This document shows, in pieces, positions 1-11,550 of a DNA stretch of 64,000 nucleotides; the first letter of the stretch is position 1, and each line of letters begins with the position of its first letter. The notes beneath the pieces were generated by a model that saw only the letters and a program-made list of their open reading frames with translations, did no database searches and had not been told where the DNA came from. This DNA is from Octopus vulgaris (lineage: Eukaryota): assembly GCA_951406725.2 (NCBI GenBank), contig OX597831.1, positions 36,332,001-36,396,000 on the forward strand. Direction: 5' to 3'. The position numbers and the translations under genes are program-made.

Positions 1-8
1 ATATAGAA

Positions 9-208
9 ATATAGAAATATAATTAAGGGCTCCTAAATAAGGATGCCAAGTGCTAGGGGCACTTGGCATCCTTATTTAGGAGCCCTTAATTATATTTCTA
101 TATGAATAATATTTTTCTGTATGAATAATATTTTGTCTAATAACTAATTCGTCTTTTGTGCTGGGCCACTGGTAATAATCCATATTATTACCCTTTGTTT
201 ATATTCAC

Positions 209-210
<2 letters not shown>
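9..210 (+). mobile_element. Short fold-back element: 45-bp perfect inverted repeat plus tail, ending at (TA)n
   Basis: Arms 9-53 and 59-103 are exact reverse complements around a TAGGG loop. The tail carries GGCCACT and a 9-bp hairpin before (TA)n at ~211. Confidence 0.55.
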
Positions 211-249
<39 letters not shown>

Positions 250-377
250 CAGTAAAATTTAGATTCAGCTGAATATGGTACTTAAGTTAAAGGCACCGGA
301 ATTTAGTATGGTATTATCCATATAATTCAAAATGGGGTGATTACAATCAAAATAAGCAACAAGGATATCCACAGGTA

Positions 378-457
378 ATGCAGTACGATCGTTTCATTTA
401 ATTGAACAATGAAAATAGTACATCAGTTTTAAAATGTATAGCAATCTTCAGCTGCAT
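378..457 (-). ncRNA. Type I hammerhead ribozyme motif
   Basis: Minus strand reads ATGCAG-CTGAAGA-[~50 nt]-GAAAC-GATC-GTA-CTGCAT. Perfect 6-bp stem I, canonical core, palindromic stem III (ACGATCGT), GUA site. Stem II is weak. Confidence 0.7.
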
Positions 458-1335
458 AAAAATATAGATTTTAGTTAAATTCAAAGGATTCATTTGTATA
501 GTTATTTTATTAACCAAAATCACAAAGTGGATAAGTAGATACACAAAGAACATGTTTCACCAACAACATCATAGTTGTAACTGATATTTTTTCACAGGAA
601 GACACTGCTTATCATTGATTTTGTTATTCAGATTTACTACTGGGTGGGGGAGGGTTAGTTCTAATTTATAGACTAGTTTATCACGTCTAATAGAAACTAG
701 AATCTATCTTTTATGGATAGAGTAAAAAGATAGTTGAAGTGGCAGAGTCATAAATCAAGATTTCTTTGAAGTAAAAACCATTTGGTTCAGTAAGAATATA
801 TTTCAGCCAAATTTGCAGGCTAAAGCTGATGGGTTAGGGAGAGTAAAACTTATAATACTTAACTATTTGACAACCATAAACTCAGTGTTAATTTGAAATA
901 CATAGGTACATTTTAGAGAGTTTTTTTCCCCACACAAAAAAATCAGAATAATTTCAGTATTTTACATAATATAGGGATGGAGAATATCGAAATGATTCCA
1001 TATTTATGTAACTTCTATACTAACTTAACATATATTTATAGTTAATTAGTAAATAGTAATTTTTGGTATTAATATGTTAAATTAAAGGAATATATTAAAA
1101 ATTTATATATTTTCTAGATGCTAATAATCTTAGAACATATTTCTTGTATTATAAAATAAATAGTGAAATATATCAGTATGGTTCTGTATAGGTTGAGTAT
1201 GAAATTTATAGAAATATATTATAAATAAAAAGATATAGCGAGTAAATAAGTAAGAAAAATTGGTTCAAAATAAAAATAAAGAAATATAAATGAGTATAAT
1301 GAAAAATAAATATGAATTCCTGTAGAATATTATAG

Positions 1336-1660
1336 ACAGGAATGATGTGGGGTAAGTATCTTGCGGTAAGTAGGTTCCGGGTTCGGTCTCGCTGCATAGC
1401 ATCTTGGGCAAGTGTCTATTACTATAACCAGGGCTTTGTGGGTGAATTTGGTGGACGAAGGCAGAAGGAGACCCTTCGTCCCTGCGTGTGTGTGTGTCAC
1501 CGTGTTGGTGTGTTTACATCCCCGTAGCCTAGCGGTTCGACAAGGGTGACCGCTAGAATAGGTGCTAGGCTTACAAAGAATAGATCCTGGAGTCGATTTG
1601 TTCGACTAAAGGTGGTGCTCCTGTATGGCCGCAGTCAAATGACTGAAACAAATAAAAAGA
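1336..1660 (+). mobile_element. tRNA-derived SINE, family A (diverged)
   Basis: Matches the copies at 44159 and 32518 (cttgggcaagtgtct...ggtgctcc...gcagtcaaatgactgaaac). Confidence 0.8.
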
Positions 1661-1673
1661 ATATATATATATA

Positions 1674-1902
1674 TTTGGCCAGAAGTCAGCTGACAGTAAA
1701 TCAAAATTCCATAAACACTTAATATTTAAATTTTGTTTATTCATTACAATTATGAATGTTTAATAATTGAATGCTGTGATTTAAAATAACCGCTTTTTTT
1801 TCCCAACATTTGTCCTTCATGAACGAAGTCTTATATAAAGTAATTTCTCGTTTTACTCTTGGAATTAAACGGGTTTTGATTTACTGTCAGGTGACTTTTG
1901 GC

Positions 1903-1910
<8 letters not shown>
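1674..1910. mobile_element. Tc1/mariner-type MITE
   Basis: ~33-bp TIRs tttggccagaagtcagctgacagtaaatcaaaa / ttttgatttactgtcaggtgacttttggccaaa, TA-repeat flanks, no coding capacity. Confidence 0.8.
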
Positions 1911-1966
<56 letters not shown>

Positions 1967-1969
<3 letters not shown>

Positions 1970-2163
1970 AAGGTTTACGAAAATAAACAAAAGACGGAGG
2001 CAGATGGAGTACAAACAAATAATGTATTAGTATGGCGCTCAGGAATAGAAATAAAACAAGTCATTTACGTTTCGAGCCTACGCTCTTCGACAGAAAGATA
2101 CACAGAAAAGAAACAAGGAGAGAAACAAGGAGAAAAAAATTGCGTGTAGGGGCTAACGATCAA

Positions 2164-2165
<2 letters not shown>
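1967..2165 (-). mobile_element. (TA)n-flanked ~200-bp element with a minimal HHR variant
   Basis: Minus strand 2061-2099: TCTTT-CTGTCGA-A-GAGC-GTAG-GCTC-GAAACGTA-AATGA. Related to the copy at 23745-23935. Confidence 0.6.
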
Positions 2166-2196
<31 letters not shown>

Positions 2197-2526
2197 GTAC
2201 AAGTAGAAAGATATTTTTTACAACGCGTAAGTACTGATAGAACAGCATATATAGGATAAAATTCTTACAGAGCAGAAAAATCTGTCTGCAACCAGCCATA
2301 TCTTTAATTTCCGGTCAAAGTGCTCTACAATTAAGCTAAATTGCTTTACTGACAAATTCTTCTGCAATTTTAGGACTTATAAACTCATTTAGAAATGCTT
2401 GATACAATAGAAAATACGTCATATTTAAACAAACATAAGTTTGTTCTTTTGAAGCGCCGAAATGCCGTTGTACCAGTACAATATACATATTGTACCAGTG
2501 TGTGTATACATATATATATATGTATG

Positions 2527-2846
2527 AGGGCGCGTGGCTTAGTGGTTAGGGCATTCGGCTCATGATCGTAAGGTTGTGAGTTCGATTCCCGGCGACGCGT
2601 TGTGTCCTTGAGCAAGACACTTTATTTCACGTTGCTCCAGTCCACTCAGCTGGCAAAAATGAGTTGTACTTGTATTTCAAAGGGTCAGCCTTGTCACTCT
2701 CTGTGTCACGCTGATTATCCCCGAGAACTACGTTAAGGGTACACGTGTCTGTGGAATGCTCAGCCATTTGCACGTTAATTTCACGAGCAAGCTGTTCCGT
2801 TGATCGTATCAGCTGGGACCCTCGTCGTCGTAACCGGCGGAGTCTT
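2527..2846 (+). mobile_element. tRNA-derived SINE, family C
   Basis: A box tggcttagtgg, B box gagttcgattcc, body ccttgagcaagacactttatttcacgttgctccag shared with 6165 and 21625. Confidence 0.85.
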
Positions 2847-4873
2847 TAATAATAATATATATATATATGTATGTATGTATATATCGTGAGTGGATCGTAT
2901 ATGATCGTGGTTGATAAAATAAAATACCAGTTTACTACTATTTTAGACGGCCGCGACTGACCCCCACCCTTCAATATTGCTGGCGTTGTTCCAAAATCAG
3001 AACCATTATTATATTTTGAGTAAGAATACAACAAAGTCTTCACTTCAAACAAAATGTAAAATAAATAAATAAAAAAACAGCACTTTGTCCATTCAACAGA
3101 CACTCTCTTATTCTCGCTATCGGAATAACAGTAAACCAGTGGCCGACTCGCTGGAAACTTAAAATCCAACTACGGTCTTATTTAGAAATTACATTGTATA
3201 CATAAATAAGTTGAGGAGCAAATGACTAGTGTTTCACAAAAAGAACACTTACTTTGAATTATTTTCAGTTTTGCAAATTGAAATGTTTAAGAAATTTTTC
3301 TTCTGTATTTTGTTTCCTTTTTTCTTTATGACTCTGTTGCGAATATACTTGCGTTAACTAGCGACATTTTAATGACATGTTTACGAATTAAAATTCTGTG
3401 GAGTTTTCGTTTAAAAAAAAGAAAATGTAATAAACAAAGAAATAAAATTAAAAAATAAAGAAATGCTATCTAATTTTCGAGCAAGGATATAATCAGCCAT
3501 AAATTTCGTTCTAAAATAGATGTGCATGTTAAAGTATAATCATTGAGTTGTGTCAGATAGTTTAGTTTAATTCAGTTCAGGTTTCTCGTAACTGAATACA
3601 CAGTAGAACGACAAAGAATTGCGCAAATTGATGGGGGTAAAGCTACAGCAGTAACAGAAATTAATAAATATCATTTAATAAATGCAATTACTAACTATTG
3701 ACTGATAAACACAGAGAGCAGACAGAAAATAGTATCGTAATTATGTATAATTATATGGAAGACGGGAAACCTATTTTGTACACATACACTCTGTTTTAGT
3801 TGTAGGATGAGGTGTTAGCAATTGTACTGCTATGGAAAAACTAAGTATTTTTGCGCTTTAGCATATGGTTCAAATGCGTTTGTAACGTAGCGTAAATAGT
3901 AGCAAGATAAACAGTTAGTGATTTACCAGTGACGAAGTGTTAGATGATAAACTTTGTAGCTATGCGTATTAAAAATGCCGAAACGCATGATTCACGAATG
4001 TAATTATAAACTTCTTACTCGCTTAATCAAAAGTAAATTATATCCGAGAGACAGAATTAATTACAGGCGCTGATGGGTCTTTTGGTTAAACTAAATTCAA
4101 GTGGCGGTGTATTCCACAGGTTCCGGTTCCCTTATCATGAATCCTCAGAGAGAATGAGCATCATAAGGTACGCGATAAGAATCGGACCTTTGAATCAAAA
4201 ATATAGTCCATCAGACTGGCTTCGCCACAGTTTCTGTCAGCTCAATTTCACTCTAAATGGCTTGAGTCGGTTATGGTAAAGATAACCGCTCATGGTGCTA
4301 TGCAGTGGAATCAAATCCGGAACATCACTATTGCGATGCGACCAACTTAACCCCTTAGCCACAACTGTATCTTCAGCCAGCCTGCACGACTCTTTTGATA
4401 GTAACTCACCTGAGACCGCTCCTTGTTCTATGATACAAACATCTTGTTTTACGGTGCTCTTATTTAAAACCTTCAATCAATGTGAATATGTTCCAAATAC
4501 CCGCTTAATAAGGATAGTTTCTATATTTTTCGTAAAAGCTACGTTATTTTCAAAATTAATTGAAACAAAATGTATTTCAACAGAAATATAGAAACAAGAG
4601 TATTAAATGTGAGGGAAAAATAGTGGAATACAACAGTTATATTTACAACTGGCCAAATACCATCCCTTCTAACACAAGATGCAACGAAAGAGTTTGTACA
4701 TTGTAGTTTAACATGTCAAGATTAACAAATATCGCTTTCATATCACAAGCTGCCATTTTGGAAAAGGACAGGTCTGAATAAAAAATATATTTTGGTCATG
4801 ACTGTGACACCTTTGACCAAATGTCTGTTTGATCAAGGCTGACCTGAGGCTAAACGACAATAACAACAGCAGC

Positions 4874-5466
4874 TGTGGAGGCACAATGACCCATGGGTTA
4901 GGGCAGCGGACTCGCGGTCGTAAGAACGTGGTTTCGATTCCCAGACCGGCATTGTGAGTGTTTATTGAGCAAAAACGTCTAAGCCCCCGAGGCTCAGGCG
5001 GGGTGGTGGTGGTGAACCCCGCTGTACTCTTTCACCACAACTTTCTCTCATTTATTCTTCCTACTTCTGCCACAAAGCAAAGGAACCATGGCGTAACCCA
5101 CTATGGTGTGGTAAACTTTCAGACCCTAGTCTAGATTGCGTATCCTCTGTACCCCAGGATGGTTCAGCTCTCCACCCGTTAAAAGCCACCGTTTACGGAA
5201 TGAAGATTACAACGTAGCTTTCGCGCCCGTGCAACCGCCAGTCTATCGCGTGTGGTGGGTGGACCTTGAAGTTGCCACACGCATTGTTAGTAGCTTAGAG
5301 TTGGTTCGAACTAGAGATTATTCTTTGTGGCTAATGGCGTGAGTCCTGATTGGAAGAAGAAGAAGAAGAAGAAGAAGAAGAAGAAGAAGAAGAAGAAGAA
5401 GAAGAAGAAGAAGAAGAAGAAGAAGAAGAAGAAGAAGAAGAAGAAGAAGAAGAAGAAGAAAGAAGA
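4874..5466 (+). mobile_element. tRNA-derived SINE, family D, with LINE-like tail ending in (GAA)n
   Basis: tRNA-like head (B box gtttcgattcc), body shared with 28140, 39122 and 43925, (GAA)n tract 5353-5466. Confidence 0.7.
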
Positions 5467-6164
5467 CAAATGCAGCAGCTAAAAAGCCCGCTGATGGAAT
5501 TCGTTCCAAAAGTAGTGAAATATTGCTTCGTGTCACCGAAAAAAGAAGGGGGCGGACAACTCACTGATAAATATTGATATCACAACAGATTAAGAAAAAT
5601 TTTAATGGGTTTTCTGTTGGTTTAAAGATTCAAAGATTACAAAAACGGTGTGATAATCAATCATAATTCTAATTTGTTCGAGAACAATGCCAAAAGTTAC
5701 TAATAAATTATCATCTGATATAAGTCTCCAGAACACATGTACACAAACAGCTTTGGTTGCGATAAACTTCTGAATGCCAATGGTTTGGTTGATTATATAT
5801 CTTAGAATTCTTTAAGGCAAACAATAAATGAAGAAAATATGATTGCGATAACAAGTGAAAATGTCTAATGAGTAATTGGGCATGATCTGTGTGTGTTTCT
5901 TAGTTTCTTACTGCCTGTACGCTTCTATTTGTCTATCTTTATACAGTATGCGACAGAAAAACTGCTAATGTTTTACGCGTTCATCGGTGTGGCGCTTGTA
6001 AAGTTCAGCTATTACAAATGGTGTCTTTACGTGACTAATGTGTTGTTTTTTTGTCTTGTTATATTAGATACCATTGTTGTTTGAACAGATCCACACAATA
6101 GGTTTGCTGTTAAAACATTTACCAAGATTGGTGAATGTGAGGGTTTTTGCCGTGCCATATATAT

Positions 6165-6497
6165 CCGGGACCCCCTTCGGTCACGACACTGACCATGGGA
6201 TTGCACCTAGAAAGTTACCCTCCTAGTCACAAGTCTGGGCATGGTTGTTTATGGAAGACCTGCAGTCGCCCATGCATACCGGCCTCCCCTCTCCAAGCCA
6301 CCACTGTTATCCAAGGGAAAGGCAAAGGCCGATACAAACTTGGCACTCGTGACGTCGCAACTAATTTCTACAGCTGAGTGAACTGGAGCAACGTGAAATA
6401 AAGTGTCTTGCTCAAGAACACAACACGCAGCCCGGTCCGGGATTCGAGCTGACAACCTCACGATCGTAAGCTCGACGCTCTAACCACTGAGCCATGC
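6165..6497 (-). mobile_element. tRNA-derived SINE, family C
   Basis: Close match to 21625-21958. Reverse-strand A/B boxes. Confidence 0.85.
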
Positions 6498-6862
6498 ATG
6501 TTATATATATGCATATTATTAACCCTAGGTCAGCGTTAAGAAATGGTTTTACGATTTAATATTCTAACACCTTAAGTTTTCAGACATGACTTTTTTCTCA
6601 GGCTGCATGGTTTAATTTTTCATTACTACTCGTTTTAAAGATGTCCTAAGAAGACCATTAGAAATTAGATAATTGAAGTCTTCTTTGGATGCTGAGGAAC
6701 ACTAAGAAATATTTTGAAAAGATACTAACATCTTGTGAATGTTATTGCAGCACGAAGTATTTTGCACCGAATGAACCCATAAATTGGTTGAGTTTATAAA
6801 TGATAAGTTGAAACAATTTCGTCACAAGTGTTACATACAGTCACTAATTTTACTGTTTGGTT

Positions 6863-7250
6863 TAAGGCAGTGAGCTGGCAGAATTGTTAGCACGCCGGGC
6901 GAAATACGTAGCCGTATTTCGTCTACAGTTACGTTCTGAGTTCAAATTCCGCCGAGGTCGACTTTGCCTTTCATCCTTTCGGGGTCGATAAATTAAGTAC
7001 CAGTTACGCACTGGGGTTGATATTATCGATTTCATCCGTCTGTTTGTCCTTGTTTGTCTCCTCTGTGTTTAGCCCCTTGTTGGTAGTAAAGAAATAAGTA
7101 TGTTCTGAGCTCAAAGTCCGCTAAGGTCGACTTTACTTTTCATCCTTTCAGAGTCAATAAAAGAGGTACCGGTTGAGCACTGAGATTGATGTAATTGAAT
7201 TACCAAATGCACCCCTGTGAAATTTCTGGCCTTGTGCCAAAATTTCCACT
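6863..7250 (+). mobile_element. SINE family B with duplicated body
   Basis: aaggcagtgagctggcagaa head, gagttcaaattcc B box, central gcctttcatcctttcggggtcgataaa, second body from ~7100. Confidence 0.85.
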
Positions 7251-7314
7251 CGATATTACTCTAGAAGAACAAAAATGGGTTTCAGAAAACCGTTTTCCTT
7301 CGTGAAGAATTATA

Positions 7315-7715
7315 ACTAGGTTTGGCCACGCAGTTAACGATGTTTGCTTTCCAACCAATTGATTTTAGATTCGGTTCCACTTCGCGACACCTTGGACAAA
7401 TGTTTTCTATTATATCCCCGAACCGAGCAATGTTTTGTAAGTTAATTTAGCTGACTGGAACTCTGTCGAAGCCCATCGTATATTTTTGTCTATCGGTGTC
7501 TACGTGTCTTTGTGTTTGCCCTCCCACAACGAAACGACCAGTATCAGTTTGTTTACGTCCCTTTAACTTTGGTCAAGGATACCGGTAAAATAAGTACCAG
7601 TCTAAAACACGCACAAACACACAACAAATGAAAAATAAGTATTGAGGTCGATTTCTTTTACTAAAATCTTGAAGGTGGTGCTTCAGCATGGCCGCAAAAC
7701 AATGACTCAAAAGAA
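7315..7715 (+). mobile_element. SINE family A (diverged)
   Basis: Similarity to 44159-44585 across head, core and tail. Confidence 0.7.
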
Positions 7716-7723
7716 TTAAACAT

Positions 7724-7774
<51 letters not shown>

Positions 7775-8752
7775 AACAATAGTCTCCTCGATGAGGAGAA
7801 AGATTTTACTTTTTGGCTTTTGAAGTTTGAGATAATGCGATCAAAAGAAGGGTTTTTGAATCAGATTATGAGCAATTATTTAATTATTTGATACATACAA
7901 AACAATCTTCTCGTTTTAGAAGTTTAAGTAATGTCTCTTTTTTTCATTGTAACCCGTTTTATCTTTAAAAAAAAATGTCAGAAGAGATTGTGAACCATGA
8001 TATGGTCCACTTAATTACACGCCGCATTTATTCAGCACGTTTAAACAGCTTATCTCTGAACAAATTTATAAGACTAAGGTAGGTGCATTCAATTTTTGCA
8101 CAGTGTTCGCCTTTACACGCCTTTATCGGTGTGTAGTAATTTCGTAACAGCTAAACAGTAAAAGTAAATATATAAATAAATATAAATGATAAATATAAAT
8201 TTGTGCTAGACTTCAAAAAAAAAAATTATTTCAATGAGGAAAAAATAATAAATTAATTCACAATAAATAATAAAATTTATGGCTTTGCTTAAATAATTGA
8301 CTTCACAACATTCGACCAATGACGACCCCAATATCCACATTTAAACTAGATTAACACTTAATTAGAATAATTAGTGAAGTTGATAGCTGAAGAACTTGTG
8401 AACATTTTAATATAAGTTTTCGTATTAGACACTCGAATAATGGTGAAGCAAATCAACTTGAACTAATAAAGCAACCGATTTTTTGCTTCCTTTATTATCT
8501 TTATTGACTTTCACTAACTTTCTTTTGTCCTCATGAAAAGTGTTATCTTATGGCTGCTGTGTCTACCTCATCTCTCTTCATCCTCCCTTTTTCTGATCAC
8601 ACACACACACACGCGCACGCACACTCTCGCTCTTTCCTTTTTTAATTCATTCAATCAGATGTTTAAGCTGTGCCGAAATCAAGCCATCAACAAAACCAGT
8701 TTTCCGATACGAATTATACTTATCTGCATGATTGAATCTTTTGAATCAAGCC

Positions 8753-8904
<152 letters not shown>

Positions 8905-8906
<2 letters not shown>

Positions 8907-9347
8907 AATGCCCCGATGCAGTACCAGGCAGTGGCTCCCGTGGCTTCTGATCTTAACTCATTGGAAGTGTTGTCATGTACATTGTTTTGTCTTGGTATAA
9001 AAGATGGGCTACAGCAAATATTCTGTTCGATAGGTGAATTATCCAAACCTCCAAGAATTTCCCTTCAACACATGGCTATGATGCTCCCCCACTACTTCTG
9101 CTCGTGATCAGAGACACACATATCGTCAGCCACTACGGGACATGCTCAACTGGTTAAGATCAAACAACTGACAAGCAAATCTGTGGTATTGAGCAGAATA
9201 TTTGCCCATCCTTTATACCAAGACAAAACAATGTACATGATAACACTTCCAATCAGTTAAGATCAGAAGCCACGAGAGCCACTGCCTTGTAATGCATCAG
9301 GGCATTTATGGTACAGCATCAGGGCATTTATGGTACTGCATCAGGGC

Positions 9348-9352
<5 letters not shown>
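8905..9352. mobile_element. Fold-back/MITE-like element with ~125-bp inverted arms
   Basis: 8905-9032 is the reverse complement of ~9187-9308. The terminal 22-mer occurs three times on the right (last copy ends 9352). Confidence 0.8.
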
Positions 9353-9401
<49 letters not shown>

Positions 9402-9418
9402 CATCATTATTATTATTC

Positions 9419-9628
9419 AGTAGTTTTATTTTTATAGCGTGCTTTCACTTCACTACCGAGCGCAGCTCTGTGTGCCTTGGGTATGTGCTGTGATTTGTTG
9501 TGATGCTCTGATGGTTATTGTATGGAAAATGTTCTGCGTAGGATGTGTGCAGTGCCTAGTAGTGCAATTTTCTGTATGTTATTTGTGTTTGTAAGTCCTG
9601 GTGTTTTTGTTATGTATTTGACTGAATA

Positions 9629-9631
<3 letters not shown>
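9419..9631 (-). mobile_element. 3' fragment of an R4/Dong-clade non-LTR retrotransposon inside (TAA)n
   Basis: Minus-strand translation ...TPGLTNTNNIQKIALLGTAHILRRTFSIQ*, a typical R4/Dong C-terminus. (TTA)n on both sides. Confidence 0.75.
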
Positions 9632-9679
<48 letters not shown>

Positions 9680-9683
<4 letters not shown>

Positions 9684-9992
9684 CGCCACTGCCTGTATTC
9701 GAACTCGGAATCTTGGTGTTAGTAGTCCGCGCTCTTAACCACTATGGGCATATGGCGTAGTGGTTAAGAGCGCGGACTACTCACCCCAAGATTCCGAGTT
9801 CGATTGTAGGCAGTGACGTGAATAATAATAATAACAACAACATCGAAAAATACCTGAGGAATGAGAACCCAGGTTCGAAATTTCCCCAAGACACCTGATG
9901 AAGGCTGGAGGGTATATCAGCCGAAACGTTGTGTTAACCACAAACAAGATGAAGACAAATATCCGTCAAATGTAAATAATGTAAATAATGTA
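9680..9992 (+). mobile_element. tRNA-head SINE carrying a minimal HHR, with inverted head duplication
   Basis: A box 9753-9763, B box 9796-9805, inverted head copy 9680-9746, HHR 9890-9935, (AATGTAAAT)n tail. Confidence 0.7.
9890..9935 (+). ncRNA. Minimal hammerhead ribozyme motif (PLE-type)
   Basis: GACAC-CTGATGA-A-GGCTG-gagggtatat-CAGCC-GAAAC-GTT-GTGTT. Intact core, perfect 5-bp stem II, stem I, loopless palindromic stem III (AACGTT). Confidence 0.8.
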
Positions 9993-9993
9993 T

Positions 9994-10170
9994 TCTTTTC
10001 TAATCTAGGCACAAGGGCCGTAATTTGAGGGGAGGGGACCCGACGATTAGATCGACCCTAGTACGCAACTGGTACTTAATTTATCGACCCCAAAAGGATG
10101 AAAGGCAAAGTCGACCTCGGCGGAATTTGAACTTTAGAACGTAAAAGCGGGCGAAATACCGCTAAGCATA
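9994..10170 (-). mobile_element. SINE family B (partial)
   Basis: tttatcgacccc..aaggatgaaaggcaaagtcgacctcggcggaatttgaact. Confidence 0.8.
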
Positions 10171-11550
10171 TAATTAAGAACTTACGTGATTGTGACCAAG
10201 ACTATTCTTATTACCATATGCCAGACTTCGTTTAAACATAGCATATACAAAACTACATTTTAGCACATTGTGACTGCACAGCAGCTTTCCTTTGGAGTCG
10301 AATAAGCGCTTATAGTATATTGAAATCAATTTTTATGGTGGTCAGTCAGTATTAGATATAAAATTGGTTGTGTCTCACATATACGCTCACACACTGAGAA
10401 ATGGGCATACAACCCATACAGGAAGAGATAGTAATGTTGTGTAAAAAGATTAAAAAGAGTAGACTCAATGCTTTTGTATTATCTAATTTAAGCTTCAAAG
10501 TTTAAGGTTCAAATCCAAATGAAACTGATAAAAAAAGTAATTTTGTATTTTTTCGTTACAAAAATAAACGTTTTAATTCAAAAGCTCTGTCTTTCTGTAT
10601 TGTCTCGTGACATTCTGATCTCACAACATACGGACTCAACTCTCTGATCCAGGTTCGGCATTTTATCTAATGACACACAACACCAACAATGGCACACAGA
10701 ATGAGTAATTGAACTGAATAAAGTAACGAGAATATATTGCTTGTACAAATAACCGTTGGCAGACGAAATTTGAGCCAGAAAAACAAAAGAAACAGGTATT
10801 TGATGGTTTCTAATAAACGAAGAAAAATGAGATTTATATTTGGAATATGCGTTTAATCCTCCCCTCATAAAACACCGATGCCAGACAGGAACCTTTGTTA
10901 ACGACTTAATCGATTCTGGTTTATACATTCAGTAACACCAACCTGTTCTTCCTATCTTACACACGATCCTACCACTGACATCTCTATATTTCAACATTAA
11001 AAGCAAACTCGGGATAGTGGTAGTGATTTATAATTTAACAGAACAGAAAATCCCAATTACTTCTATAAGAAGCTATCTATAAATATCAATAAACCTGTGA
11101 TAGTGGGAAATAAAAACAAGAAAAAAAAACGTTGTGGAAATAAACGGGGTTTAGAGTTTTAAAAAATACATATATACATAACTTGGTAAGCAGTTTAAGA
11201 TGTTGCGATGAATAAAATCTCAAATTAAGCAGAATCGTCTTACGTAGGGTAGTAGAAGTGATTGAAATTAAACCACTTCGGCAAAATCCATGCCCTTTAA
11301 CTAATCTGAAATTAAACTAGGTATCAATCTTATTGCTGCCATTTTTCCTATATCAAGTTTATTTTCAAATCATTGATAATGCTTGACAGAGTTTACACAA
11401 TGCTGTCTGCTTTATTGCAAACTGTGCTGTTTCTAAACAATCTCCAAGAAATATTTCTGTTCCAGTTCACAAACGCACAAACACACACACACAGGCACAC
11501 AAACACACACAAACACACACACACACACACACACAGGCTCACACACACAA

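Noticed and set aside
460-1330. Decayed PLE endonuclease coding region
   Set aside because: Only vague motif resemblance after assuming several frameshifts; not supportable without a profile search.
2196-2510. (TA)n-flanked 310-bp insert as another HHR element
   Set aside because: No CUGANGA/GAAA pair with closing stems on either strand, only a faint tRNA-like A box on the minus strand.
2527-2600. tRNA genes at SINE heads (also 9752, 44159, 4874)
   Set aside because: A/B boxes are present but acceptor stems do not close, and each continues into a repeated SINE body.
5318-5577. Poly-E/poly-S/poly-L ORFs, and the many YIYI, poly-N, poly-Y, THTH and LSIY ORFs across the window
   Set aside because: They are translations of (GAA)n, (TA)n, (TAA)n, (CA)n and (TATC)n microsatellites, which lack stops in some frames. 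No coding evidence.
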